Source: Octopus vulgaris
Taxonomy: Eukaryota
Reading direction: 5' to 3'
DNA length: 64,000 bases
Assembly: GCA_951406725.2 (NCBI GenBank)
Contig: OX597828.1
Coordinates: 76,818,001 to 76,882,000, forward strand
Part shown: positions 30,355-43,696 of the stretch, piece after piece
Layout: the number at the start of each line of letters is the position of its first letter
Numbering within the stretch: the stretch's first letter is position 1
The notes under the pieces: generated by a model
The model's database searches: none
Told to the model about the DNA's origin: nothing
What the model saw: only the letters and a program-made list of their open reading frames with translations
Position numbers and translations under genes: made by a program

Positions 30355-31268
30355 TGTGTGTGTCTGTGTGTGTGTGTGTGTGCATGTGGGTAAACTTTCA
30401 TTTGTGAAGTGGTTGTCACATTACTATACATGCGTCTGGGCTTTGATGATGTTCATGTGTGCGCAGATGTGTAGGTTCCATATGGAGTCACATCGGGTTT
30501 CTAATTTTTCTTATGTAGACCTCAACGATACACAGCTCAGTGCACTTAGGATAATAGATAGAAGCGCGCATTTCAGTTCCCCATAGACGTTCTCGTCCGC
30601 CAAGAACCTGATCTATGCAATAATACAAGACGCTTACCATTTATTCTGTTTACACTGGACTTTGCTTTACATTGGAATATTCCACCTATGTTCGTTATTT
30701 TCAATACGTTGCTGCATTCTCATTCCGGCGTGCCTTGCATTTGACAATGTGGACCACCAGCCAGGAGTGTTGTAATTTTCTTTGTAACTTATTTCAATCA
30801 TTGAGCTACGGCCTTGACCTACGGCCTTGAACGGCTTAGCTGAACAAATCGCCCCTAAATACTAAATTTAAAACGTTTGGTACTTATTCTTTTGGGCATT
30901 TTTGCGGAAAAGTAACGTTACGGGGATGTAAACAAACCAATATTGGTTGTCAAGCATTCGGGTAGCAAACAGGAATCACTCACTCACCCACAGGCATACA
31001 CATACTCACGTGCGTGTGTGGGATTGATGTTTGTCAACTGAAAAAAATATACATACATACACCTTATTATAAGATGGATGTATGTGTGCCAATTCAAACA
31101 TGCATGTGTGTATACGTACACATACACACACACACATATATATATACATAAGAACTAATGAGATTAAAAATGTGTGTGTGTTAATGCAATTGAAACAATT
31201 GTTGGGATTTTAAAGTGAGATCTAAAAAATAAAGACATGATTTTCTTCGTACATATTATTTGTTGTAG

Positions 31269-31328
<60 letters not shown>

Positions 31329-31501
31329 AATATTAGGGAATAAATCCAAATTTACAGGGAAAAAATCAGATTTAGGATTAAATCCAATTTTATAGTAAAA
31401 TATTATATAATATTAATTCGAGACAAAACCACTATTTTGCAAAACAAATAAGGAAAGACTTAATCAATACATAAAAATTTTTAATATAAAGAAATAAACC
31501 G

Positions 31502-31544
31502 CCACTACAATCGTTTCATGTCTTCAATGACATTCGTCAGGTGG
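31502..31544 (-). ncRNA. type I hammerhead ribozyme (mirror copy)
   Basis: Exact reverse complement of 31610-31652. Confidence 0.88.
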
Positions 31545-31609
31545 ATTTTCGATCTCCTAATCTGTTTTAATTTATGACGTCATAAATTAAAACAGATTAA
31601 ATCGAAAAT

Positions 31610-31652
31610 CCACCTGACGAATGTCATTGAAGACATGAAACGATTGTAGTGG
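31610..31652 (+). ncRNA. type I hammerhead ribozyme (minimal, PLE-type)
   Basis: CCAC-CTGACGA-ATGTC/ATTGAA/GACAT-GAAA-CGATTG-TA-GTGG: complete core, stems I and II perfect, near-palindromic stem III. Confidence 0.88.
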
Positions 31653-31736
31653 CGTTTATTTCTTTATATTAAAAATTTTTATGTATTGATTAAGTCTTTC
31701 CTTGTTTGTTTTGCAAAATAGTGGTTTTGTCTCGAA

Positions 31737-31778
<42 letters not shown>

Positions 31779-31790
31779 TATTTGTTGTAG

Positions 31791-31832
<42 letters not shown>

Positions 31833-31902
31833 CGACAGAAAAGTGTGTAGACACGCGCAAACGCTCACACAGGCATACACACGGGCGCGCACCCAAATCA
31901 AT

Positions 31903-31942
<40 letters not shown>

Positions 31943-33043
31943 ATATATATGAGTTAACGCTTGATTCTGTGGTTGCCGAGATACGCGATTAATTACTAAA
32001 AGAGTTCCATCATAATTTTAAGCATCAAATTTACAACTAGGTTACATTCGACTGAACGTCTCTATTTCTGGTTGTAGAATCTGAACTGAGATCTCGCTCT
32101 TTCTAGAAGGTCGCGTGACCACACTGACGCTCTCTACTTAGTTAATATTGCTGCTAAATAGCAACAAACGATCTCTCAGATTCATCAGATCACGAATCAA
32201 AGACAGGTTCCAACCATGACTATCCAGTATCTATCACCAACAGTGATCTTTGCAAACATGACTGTTGCATAATCACTCCTCCTCTCTTTTAAAACGGCAG
32301 GGCATCATTTGAGAGAGATTTGATAGCGAGATCCAGGGAATGAGTAGAAGTATCCTTAAAGTATCATATTCAATGAAGTATAATGAAGGCTCTTACGGTG
32401 ACCCCTGGAGAAGATCGAATGCCGAAACATAGAAGTTACGAGAGCTACTAAGCAAACATAATATCGCCTATAAAGTTTGATGTCAATTCACAGAATTCTA
32501 TCTTCTGTTCCTCAATAAAAGGCCGATAGTTCGAAATGTCGGCACCTCTCTCTTGTCGATCGTATCTATATTTCTTTAAACCTTCCCACTTATTCTTCAA
32601 AGTAATTCAATTGCTTCAGAGAGGAGTCCATTAACTCGATAAGTGATATTTGTTGATTATGCGACCAAGCCACTCAAATTTCTCGATTTTCAACTTAGTT
32701 ATAAAGAAGCCTTCGGAACACTTGCTGAAACTGGAGCTCTACTATACAGGTTTGCCATTCATATATAACAACATATAGACACACGAACACACAGACCGTA
32801 CAAAAGAAAAATAAACAAACTCACATACATACACATACGTGCGCTCCTACGCGCATAATTGATATAACTATTATTTGACTGTGGCCATGCTGGTGCACCA
32901 CCTTCAAGAATTTGAGGGGAAGGAATCGACACGAATACTCGATATTTTAAGCCTGATTGCTATTCTGTCTGGTCCTTTTGCCGAAAGAATTGGTTACAGG
33001 AATGTAAGCACACCAACGCTGTTTTTCAAGCGGCGGTTAAAGG

Positions 33044-33118
<75 letters not shown>

Positions 33119-33125
33119 TATACAT

Positions 33126-33625
33126 AGGTGGCTGTGTGGTAAGAAGTTTGCTCCCAAATCAAATGGTTCCGGATTATTCCCCAATTCGTGGCCCTTTCAG
33201 CAAGTGCCTTTTCCATGTCCACGAGCTGACCAAAGCCGTCTGAGTGGATTCGGTACATAGAAACTGAAAGAATCCCGTCGTGTATACATATATATATATA
33301 TGTGTGTGTGTGTGCGCGCGCGTGCATGTGTGAGTAGGGCGGGCGTGTGTGTGTGTGTGTGTGTGCGGGTGGGGGTGGATGGGTGCGCGCGCACGTGCAT
33401 GTGTGTGTGTAGGGCGGGCGTCTATGTGTGTGTGTACGGGCGGGTGTGTGTGAACGGGCGGGTGTGGTGTATGTGTGATGACCACTTCAGAATCGTTGCT
33501 GGTGTGTTTACGTCCCCACAACGTAGTAGCTTGGAATAAGGGTCCAAGAGGTCGAGTGTCAGCCTTAAGTAAAATAAGTACAGGACCCAGCATTTACGCA
33601 GTCTAATGACAGAAGCTAGTAAAAG
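33126..33625 (+). mobile_element. SINE family A (degenerate, expanded internal TG/GC tract)
   Basis: GGTGGCTGTGTGGTAAGAAGTTTGC head; GAGTGGATTCGGTAC..AAACTGAAAGAA; TGGTGTGTTTACGTCCCC. Confidence 0.75.
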
Positions 33626-33722
<97 letters not shown>

Positions 33723-33869
33723 TATATACACACACATATATATAGATATGTATAGATTTGAACTATATATATATATACACACACACGAATATTTGTAGGC
33801 ACACATATAGACTTAGATGCATACTGAGAGAAAAATATTCACAGAAGCGTCTTGTGTAGATATAGGGGA

Positions 33870-33900
<31 letters not shown>

Positions 33901-34457
33901 TCACACAGTCTATCACAGTATGAGATACAATAAAACGAAGTTCAAAGAGAAATCGATGTTAATCGAGAGATTATGCGGTAATTATTGTGTCGGGATAATC
34001 ATAGCTGGGTTCCAATACAAACAAAGACATACTGCCATAAACGTGATCATAAGGATGTGTGTATAATACGTGCTACACATACACACATACACACATATGT
34101 GTACAGACACGCACGCATGAACCCCCCCACACACACATACACACACATTGATATATATACACACACACACACGTTGATATATATATATATACACACACAC
34201 ACACAAACATTTCTTGGTATGCCTACCACTAGAATTAACAACACAATTCCTATGTAGATGATATATACTTTTTATTCGGCGAATTGCATTTTTCTCAGAA
34301 ATGAATAATAATAATAGTAATAAAAATATTTATTGTCGAAGTTGTTGTTGTTGTTGTTGTTGTGTTGTTGTAGTTGTTGTTATTGTTGTTGTTTCAAATT
34401 TTGGCCCAAGGCCAGCAACTTTGGATGGTGGAGTATGTCGGTTTGATCGATCTTAGG

Positions 34458-35160
34458 CGCAGCAAACAGTCGAGGTAGGTAGTAAAGTGCATTCTTCAAT
34501 CCGGCACATCACTCACCCTAAGCATTCGGGCGAACTACTGCATAAATACGCACGCATCTGGTTAGATTTGAGTAACCCCGTTCATCATGGCCAGCCAAAG
34601 ATTGAAGTGAGGCTTTGTCATCACGTTGCACCTCGGCCACTCAGCGCCATCGGAAGGCTTTCCGTCCCTCCTGCCTTAAAGCTTGCAGATTAGATCGGAC
34701 AACTTAACCTTCGTTGCTTTGAAATATTCGTCGATGGCCAATGACACCGCAAACACTCGCCGCCAGCACATTGGTTGCGATTAATTTTTTGGATGATTTT
34801 TTTCCTGATTCTCTATCTGACCAGGTCTTCCTCTGATCTATTTTTCTTTATCGCTATTTTCTTATTGAATCTAATCGATGCAATTTTAATCGGCCTTTTC
34901 ATGGAGAACGACTATTTCTTGTTGACGATTGCACTCATCAACTCCCGTTTAACTAGTTCACTGATCCAGCCGGGGCCGAAGTTTTCAGCTTCCTGTAAAC
35001 AAGCTACTACTGCCTACAAAACCTATTCACGTCTATCGTACAGATCAGAAATTTAAGGTCTGTGTAGCCGAGGGTTTCAAACTGTGGATAGCCGACACTA
35101 CCCCTCTCTACTCGATTCGATGTGGATGTCAGGATGCAGTCTGGCGCATTGGGGAAATAC
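34458..35160 (-). pseudogene. possible decayed L1/Tx1-like LINE fragment (EN-RT linker)
   Basis: GC-richer block. Broken minus-strand translation (..QALRQEGRKAFRW..AEVQRDDKASLQSLAGHD..) resembles the Tx1-type ORF2 linker, but no catalytic motif is seen. Confidence 0.3.
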
Positions 35161-35171
35161 AGTTCATATCT

Positions 35172-35403
35172 GTTTTTTTATTACCCACAAGGGGCTAAAC
35201 ACAGAGGGGACAAACAAGGACAGTCAAAGGGATTAAGTCGATTTCATCGACCCCAGTGCGTAACTGGTACTTAATTTATCGACCCCGAAAGGATGAAATG
35301 CAAAGTCGGCCTCGGCGGAATTTGAACTCAGAACGTAACGGCAGAAGAAATACGGCTACGCATTTCGCCCGGCGTGCTAACTGTTCTGCCAGCTCGCCGC
35401 CTT
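35172..35403 (-). mobile_element. full-length SINE family B with TSD
   Basis: Flanked by AAAT(A/G)CAGTTCATATCTGT direct repeats (35155-35172 and 35405-35422). Confidence 0.9.
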
Positions 35404-37867
35404 AAATGCAGTTCATATCTGTCAGACAGATGGAAACGACTGAGCAGGTTTGTGAAGTTTTTGCATCCCTCTAAATGTTAAGAGTTGTTTGGATGATTTA
35501 AAAAACAATTTTCGCTCGTGGGTTGTTTGTTGGTTTTCGTTTCCATTAAACTTTTGTTGTTCGTGCATTATGGTAATGAAACTTGTTTCTTCTTCGTTGT
35601 TGTTGTTGTTGTTGATGTTTTGGTTTGCTGGAATGCTAAGATTTGCTGCTGCTACTGCTGCTGGTATTGGTGGTGGTGGTGGTGGTGGTGGTGGTGGTGG
35701 TGGTGGTGCTGGCGGCGGCGATGTTCGTAGTAGTGTTGGTGTTGTCGAAGATGGTGTAGAAGTCTCGTTGCTGGGCGATATTTACCTTCTCTCCGTTTGA
35801 ATCTTAAGTTGTACATACAAACAAGCCTTTATCTCTTCCATAATTAGGGGAACATAACGAAGCTCTTGTCCCTGAACATTAATTAAATACATATTCCACT
35901 AAAGGCTTTTCTATATTTCTGTACAAAATGATTTTTATGTCACATAAACATTGTTCTCCATTTGACATGTGCGATAAAACGTTAACCTTTGTTGATTTTA
36001 TTCTTCAACATGTTAAACACTGCTTTATATATCACATCCGACCTCCTTTTGTATCTCTTGTAATTATTGTTGCTTGTAATAGATTTTCTTCGGTTTGTAA
36101 ATACATAGCGAAGCAGCAAAGTATTTCAAATTTTCTGTTTAAACAACTGCGGTTGCATCTATCGCTTTACTTAACGGTTTTGTTCGATTTTGTGGATGTT
36201 CAGGGATTTCAAGTTTCGCTAATGATCGTAAATGTTGGTTGTTATCGTCATCGTCATCGTTATCGTCATCGCTATTGCTCTTGTTGTTGTGTGTGTGTGT
36301 GTGTATACGTGTGTGTGCGTCTGTTTCCGTGTGCATCTGTATGTGTGTGGGGGGATGTTAGGTTTATTTACTGCAGTTAGACGAGAGGTTATAAAAGCCT
36401 ACGCAGCAGAAAGTAAACCAAAATAAACAGGTTTTGTTACTCTCTGTTCTCAAACAAAAAGTAATTGGATGATTCTGCCTTGCTTCCACACTGCCTGGGT
36501 TCTACTGAGAGACCAAGCACCTATTACTTACAAACAGGTCCTATGAGCAATGCGGTCAAAGATCAAAACAAGGTTATTTGTACATTTGATTATGTTCCGC
36601 AGAGTAAAGGTTATAAGCTGTAGACAAACTAAATTAAATTTTACTGTGCACGAAAATGTATCAACTGTTTAAACCCGCCACCGAATAATAACCAGTATGT
36701 ACATTAGACATCAAGGCATTTCAACTAAGTATTGGATTGTATCTGATTTAAATAGCAATTGCCATGAAAATCCGAACCTATATGGTTTCAAAGCAAAATT
36801 AAACAACCGAATATTACGGCTTCAGCACAACTTAGAGCAATAAATTTCCTAGATTCAACACCGGTGGAGTATTATATGAGGAATTTTTTATGGCCTCACA
36901 GAAGAGATATGATCAAAGTCCTGTATCTCGTATATTAAGTGGACAATACCAGACCTTAGTATGCTTCAATTATCTCGATGATTCTCAACCGGTTTTTTTT
37001 TGCCTATTTAGCATTTTCTTTTGGTTTCTGTTTTACTCAGGTGAACCTTCGTAGCCATTCCATGTTTCAAAAACATCCAATCATAATCAAATATTATTAG
37101 AAATTGTCTAAAAAGTTGCTAAAACTTTTTATACTCTATTATGTATTGTAGTTTTACTAATTTATTGCATTTCGTTTTTCTGTGTGGTTTACAGATAAAC
37201 TTTAACAACAAAATCCTATATGGATCCGATTGAGGGCCAACGATCTAAGCTTTTTTCTGAAACCTTAAGTTAGACAACTACTATAAGTCAGTAGATAGTG
37301 AAGGATTTCCAGTTTCAATAAGCTTGATCTTTGCTGTAAAATACGGGTCCACTGCTTCGCCTGTCGCTGAAAATACACAAAAAAGTCATTCAGTCATTTT
37401 ATTCCAGCTAAAACCAACGGAAAATTCTTCACCTGATTATAAAAAGAATGGAAGGGAATGTTCCATGGATTCATACCCGTTGGTACATTACTACTGAAAC
37501 AGTCAACAAAACCATCATAGAACGGCTCTCGACTGTCATTGGATTCCTCTCCTTACAGTGAACATAAAGATAATGACATTATTTATATTATTTACATTAT
37601 TTACATTTTACGGATATTTCTCCTCATTTTGTTTGTTGTTAATACAATGTTTCGACTGATATACCCTCCAGCCTGCATCAGGTGTCCTGGGGAAATTTCG
37701 AACCTGGGTTCTTATTCCTAAGGTAATTTTCGATGTTATTATTGGTCATTGCTTGGAATCGAACTCGGGACCTTGGGATTAGTAGCTCGCGCTTTTAACT
37801 ACTATGCCATATAGCCATATACCCGTGGGCATATGGCGTAGCCGTTAATAATAATAATAATAATAAT

Positions 37868-37930
<63 letters not shown>

Positions 37931-38786
37931 TGACCAGAAGCAAACCCATCAGTGGCTGCGGAGCTCAGGGCTAAAAGCAGAGAGCGAAGGTTTCATCCTG
38001 GCTGCTCAAGACCAAAGCCTATTAACCCGGAACTACCAGGCCAATGTGATAAAAATGGAGCAGACCCAAAATGCCGATTCTGCAACGACATGATTGAAAC
38101 AGTGGACCACCTAATCTCTGGATGTAGAGTCTTAGCACCAGTGGAGTATAAATTAAGACATGACAGAGTTGACCAATATCTCCACTGGCTAATAAGTCGG
38201 CATTACAATATCAAAACTGCCAACAAGTGGTATAATCACCACCCTGAGGCTGTAACTGAAGGAGAAAATGTAACCATTCTGTGGGACTTTCCAGTACATA
38301 CAGACCGAACCATCAAGGCCAATAAACCAGATATTGTTGTGAAAGACCAAAACAATAAAGTTTGCTTATTGATCGACATGAGCATCCCCTGTGATCATAA
38401 TATCTCAGAAAATATAAAGACCTACTCATTGAAATTGAGAAAATGTGGCATCTCAAGGCGGTTACAATACCAGTGATCGTAGGAGCACTAGGAATGATCA
38501 AGAAGGGAACCGAACATTATATGAGAATGATCCCTGGCTTACCATCCCTGCAAGAAGTGCAAAAGATTGTCTTAACTGGTACATCACACGTATTGAGAAG
38601 AGCATTGTTGATGTGAGAACTGTTGCTGCTCATGTATTTTAATTTAACTTAAAAAAAAAAAATTTTTAAATGAACGAACTACTGAGTTTGGTTTAATGGC
38701 CTACCAATGTATACTATGAGTTTCTTTGCCCTAGGAGTCGGGAAGACACTCGGCAAGAAATGGAAGCAAATTTGAAAGAAGAAGAA
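37931..38786 (+). mobile_element. 5'-truncated R4/Dong-like non-LTR retrotransposon (CCHC + RLE endonuclease), frameshifted
   Basis: CRFC..ETVDHLISGC, RHD, WDFPVHTDR..ANKPDIVVKD..LIDMSIP (PD-D/ExK); flanked on both sides by (AAT)n. Confidence 0.9.
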
Positions 38787-38861
38787 ATAATAATAATAAT
38801 AATAATAGTAACATCGAAAAATACCTTAGGAATGAGAACCCATGTTCGAAATTTCCCCCAA

Positions 38862-38906
38862 GACACCTGATGAAAGCTGGGGGTATATCAGCCGAAACGT
38901 TATGTT
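38862..38906 (+). ncRNA. type I hammerhead ribozyme motif (slightly decayed)
   Basis: GACAC-CTGATGA-A-AGCTG/GGGGTATAT/CAGCC-GAAA-CG-TT-ATGTT. The mirror copy at 37641-37686 (-) has different point changes, and the consensus of the two restores the pairing. Confidence 0.7.
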
Positions 38907-39638
38907 TACCACAAACAAGATGAGGACAAATATCCGTCAAATGTAAATAATGTAAACAATCTAAATAATGTACATAATTCCTCCTCTCTTAAATATAGAA
39001 CTGTATTAAGATAATGACGATTATAAAGTTCCATTGAGCCAGCATCGGCTGCTACATGGTGGGACTTGGATCTGTGATATACTCTTGCATCAATTAAGAG
39101 ATTGGCGAGAAGAGCGGTCGAAATATTTTGGAAGACAGAACTCCATACGACAGTGTCTGTATCTTTGCCGGCTGCGATTGGGTGAGTGGTGCTGCCAACA
39201 AACTTTTCTGTGACAGAACGGCTCAAACCATAGAGCGAACTGTCCACCACTTCCGTAACGAGGAGCGCACAAAGGATAGCTTCATCACTGCCCACTCAAT
39301 GCAGCGTCTGTACAGGAAATCACGTGATAGATTGGCTAAAAGATGATAGTCAGATGCATTGAGAGAAAGAGGGGGACAGACAAATCATGAACATTGAGTA
39401 ACAGATACACGGATAAATAGATATGTGCGCGCGTGTGAGTTTGCTTGTATGTATGTCTAGTTAGAGACGGACAAACGGACAGACGAAGGTAGGCAAAATA
39501 GATTTCACTCGCCTTCATATATAAAAAAAAATAATAAACAATTAGTAACAGAATTTATGCTATTATAAATCACATTTGCCATGTGTCTGTCTCTCGACAA
39601 CTTCCTTTCTACCCCCGCCTCTCTCTCAGTACTTACAG

Positions 39639-39686
<48 letters not shown>

Positions 39687-39699
39687 GAATGTAAATATG

Positions 39700-39733
<34 letters not shown>

Positions 39734-39900
39734 CGCATGTAAATATGTACGTGTATATATATGCATGCAAGTATGTATGTATATATATATATATATATGT
39801 ATGCATGTAAATATGTATGTGTATATATATATATATATATTCGAATCATATATATAATAACAACTGTATATATATATATATATATATGCATGGAAATATG

Positions 39901-40009
<109 letters not shown>

Positions 40010-40423
40010 GCATGAAAATATGTATGTGTATATATATATATATATGCATGCAAGTATGTGTGTATATACGCAGAAGCAGATGGATTGATATAGCAAACCT
40101 TCAACTATAAACATCAGATGTTCACTGAACCAAATTATGCAATAACTTGCATATTATGCATACATGCATACGTACATACAAATATACACATGCATTTGTA
40201 TATATTAATTTCATACATATGAAAAGATACACGCATAAACGGATACACACACACCCATGTGCATATACAGAAGCATACATATGCGCATGCTCAGAGTATG
40301 TGCGTCTGTGTATTTCCTATAAAACGTCGTCTTATCCGGAACGTTCGTAAGTGATACGTAAAAAACTGTCAGTGTACGCATAAGAGGGTGTTTGTGTGTG
40401 CATACAGGTGTGTGTGAGTGTGC

Positions 40424-40455
<32 letters not shown>

Positions 40456-40689
40456 TGAGTGTGTGTGTGTGTTGGTGTACACAATATTTACAGATCTGGG
40501 AACCTGGCCTCAAGGCTCACAAAAATAATGTTGTAATATCAATGATATATATTTTATGAGACACGTTCCTCCATATATCATCCGCCAACAGAGTTACCTT
40601 CCTTACCCCCCACCCTACTCCCCCATCGTCCATTTCATTTTTTTGTCTTATGACAGATTGCTGCTGTTGAATAAGTGTGATACACCTTA

Positions 40690-40850
40690 ACTGTTTCTTC
40701 TCTTTCGTTTTCTTCTCCTCCACCTTCTTTTTCTTCTTCTTCTTTTTCTCCTTCTTCTTTTTCTTCTTCTTCTTCCCCTTCTTTTTCTTCTTCTTCTTCT
40801 TCTTCTTCTTCTTCTTCTTCTTCTTCTTCTTCTTCTTTTTTCTTCTTCTT

Positions 40851-40881
<31 letters not shown>

Positions 40882-41131
40882 TTATTATTATTATTATTAT
40901 TATTATGATTATTATTATTCTAACTCTACTTCTTCTTTCTCTTCTTTTTCTTCTCCTTCCTCCTTCCTCTTCTTCTTTCTTCTTCTTCTTCTTCTTCTTC
41001 ACCTTCTCCTTCCTCCTTCTTCTTCTTCATCTTCTCCTTCTTCCTCTTCTTCTTCTTCTTCTTCTCCTTCTTCCTCTTCTTCTTCTTCTTCTTCTCCTTC
41101 TTCCTCTTCTTCTTCTTCTTCTTCTCCTTCT

Positions 41132-41178
<47 letters not shown>

Positions 41179-41250
41179 TCCTTCTTCTTCTTCTTCTTCT
41201 TCTTCTTCATCTCCTTCTTCTTTCTTTCTTCTTTCCTCCTCCTCCCCATC
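40690..41250. repeat. (CTT)n/(ATT)n polypyrimidine low-complexity tract
   Basis: Visible trinucleotide repeats; source of the poly-E/K/L/F ORFs. Confidence 0.95.
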
Positions 41251-41371
41251 CATCACACCCCGCTGTACATTTCTATGACCACTTCTTCTTGGCCCTTTTC
41301 ATGCAATGTATTTTCCCTTAAAAAATAAATGTTCACATATCTCACTGTATGCACGACTGTATATATATATA

Positions 41372-41403
<32 letters not shown>

Positions 41404-41404
41404 C

Positions 41405-41435
<31 letters not shown>

Positions 41436-41436
41436 C

Positions 41437-41467
<31 letters not shown>

Positions 41468-42593
41468 AATGTGTGTCTGCGTGTGTGTGATTGTTTATGT
41501 GTTTGTGTGTTTATATGGGTGTGTGTGTGTGTCTGTTTGTGCGCGTGTGCGCATGCGGGTGTGCGTGTGTGCGCATGCGTGTGTGCGCATTCGTGTACAT
41601 ATATGTCCTTTATCAGCGCCTTCGTCCGTTCAACCGAACTCTTCAGTTATAAATGCACAGAAAATTACTTCCGCCTTATATATAGATCGAAAAGAGGATG
41701 TTGTTTTATTCTGTTTAGAAGAGAAGAAAGAGAAAAGAGGAAAGAAGGGAGGGAGGAGAGGGGGGGAAGAGAAAACGACAGACTGACAGAAATATAAAAG
41801 AAATCGTGAGTCTTGGGATGGTCTTTTGCTAACCCGTGTTTGATGCTAAATGACCTTTAAAGACGTGAAATTTGTTTTCTGGAGAAAGAGAGAAAGAGAG
41901 AAAGGCAGAGAGAAGGCGAAGAAAGAAAGAGAAAGAAAAGAAGGGGAAGAAGAACGGAGAGAAAGGGGCTTCTTTTCAATTATTTACATCGATGGTTTCA
42001 ACCCGTTGAAATTTAATTACAATTCAAGTTGTCGTTCTTTATTCGGCCATTGTTTTCGAAAGCATCTCCTTTTCTCTCCCCCCTCTCTCTGCTTATTATA
42101 TACATATTAGGGCGATAGATGAAGGTGACATCATAAAGGTTACATTTTTGACTAGTTTTGTGGGGCTGTTTACACAAAAGGTGAGTGGAAGGAAATGGAA
42201 GAAGACGGTAAAATATGAGAAATTATGAGTAGTAAAAAACGCCTGTAACACCATGACTCCTTATACAGGAGAAATACCAAATAGGTCCAGTCAAGGAACC
42301 CCGTAGACCCGGGACTATCAAAGCCACGAGTCCTCACCCAACTGTGTTGTCTAATCTACCCTAATGCTCAACTGATACTTATTACACCAAAATGAAGAAA
42401 GGCTTCAGTAGAATTCGATCTTAGAACATAGAGCAACAAGAAATGCTGCTAAGCAATTTCTCCCATGTCCTTACCGTACTTGTAGCTTACGATCTGGGAA
42501 AAATAAGAACGCAACAGTGTTAAACTCATCGCAAGTATCAAAACGTTGATGAAAGCACGCGGACAGTATACAAACAATATTTATAGACCGTAA

Positions 42594-42990
42594 TGTGGCG
42601 AACTGGCAGAAACATTAGCAGCCTAGGCGAAATGCTTAGCGGTATTTCGTCTGCCGCTACGTTCTGAGTTCAAATTCTGCCTAGGTCGACTTTGCCTTTC
42701 ATCCTTTCAGGGTCGATTAAATAAGTACCAGTTACGCACTGGGGTCAATATAACCGACTTAATCCGTTTGTCTGTCCTGGTTCGTCCTCTCTGTGTTTAG
42801 CCCCTTTTGGGTAGTAAAGAAATAGGCATTTCGTCTGTCTTTATGTTCTGAGTTCAAATTCCACCGAGGTCGACTCTGCCTTTCATCCTTTCGGCGTCGA
42901 TAAATTAGGTACCAGTTGCGTACTGGAGTCGATCTAATCGACTTTCCCGCACGCCCAAAATTTCGGGCCTTGTGCCTAGTTTAGAAAAGA
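42594..42990 (+). mobile_element. two tandem SINE family B units
   Basis: Family B core at ~42660-42740 and again at ~42845-42930. Confidence 0.85.
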
Positions 42991-43400
42991 ATATTTTTAT
43001 ATTGGCTAGCAAGAAAATAGTATATAAAAACGAAAGATTTCGTGATGTGGAAAAGGAGGGAAGAACCCAAATTAGTTTGAAGGAAACTCCTCGGTGCGTA
43101 CATAATTCCAGCTTCTTGTGATGGTCGGGCATCTCTAAAAGCGCATTTTTCAATGTTCGTCGAATCCTGCTTCAAGTTGCCTGATTAAGGGCGATACCAT
43201 TAACCCTCTTAATCCCAACATTTGTATATCTCCTCTTAACTCTCATCGGTGGATAGCATGTCCCAGCTTCATTCTCACACACCACTTCAAATGCTCTTGA
43301 AGAATCTAGCGAGAGCTGCAATCCAGAGGAACAAGACATAACCCCAACTCTTTCAGCAATGGGCACAAAACAACATCTTTTTCTATAGTCAGCAGACAGT

Positions 43401-43696
43401 GGAGACACATGGTCTAGTGGTTAGAGAAGCGGATTCGCGGTCGAGGGATCGCGGGTTCGAATCTCAGACCGGGTGATGTGTGTTTTTATGACCGAAACAC
43501 CTAAGCTCCACGCGGCTCCGGCAGAAGGTAATGGCGAACTTCTGCTGACTCTTTCGCCACAACTTTCTCTCAATCTTTCCTCTGCATCTTGCAGCTCACC
43601 GGCGCCCCGTCCAGGTGAGGTACCTATACGCCAAGGAAACCGGGAAACCGGCCGTTATTAACCAGGCATGGCTCGAGAAGGAACAAACAAAACAAA
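43401..43696 (+). mobile_element. tRNA-derived SINE family C with ~16-bp TSD
   Basis: Head TGGTCTAGTGGTTAG (A box) ...GGGTTCGAATCTC (B box); (CAAA)n tail; TSD TCAGCAGA(C/T)AGTGGAG at 43389 and 43697. Confidence 0.88.

Larger units (their letters stand above)
31325..31748. mobile_element. near-perfect palindromic element with a canonical hammerhead in each arm, inserted in (TA)n
   Basis: Arms ~31404-31578 and 31579-31748 are reverse complements with no spacer (centre GACGTC). Direct repeat TACATATTATTTGTTGTAGTT(AT)n at 31250 and 31772. Confidence 0.9.
37554..39005. mobile_element. head-to-head dimer of a tRNA-headed, hammerhead-bearing element, interrupted by an R4/Dong-like LINE
   Basis: 37554-37740 is the reverse complement of 38808-39005. 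tRNA-like head on minus at 37744-37812. Central palindrome GCCATAT..CCCGTGGGCATATGGC. Both arms end in ACTGTA. Confidence 0.8.

Noticed and set aside
40517-41321. Poly-K/E/L/F ORFs (also poly-I/N/M at 61.1-62.6 kb, poly-G/W at 35.5 kb)
   Set aside because: Trinucleotide repeat tracts.
43401-43472. tRNA-like sequences (also 37744-37812 and SINE A/B heads)
   Set aside because: No proper acceptor stem; continuous with SINE bodies and TSDs, so not tRNA genes.
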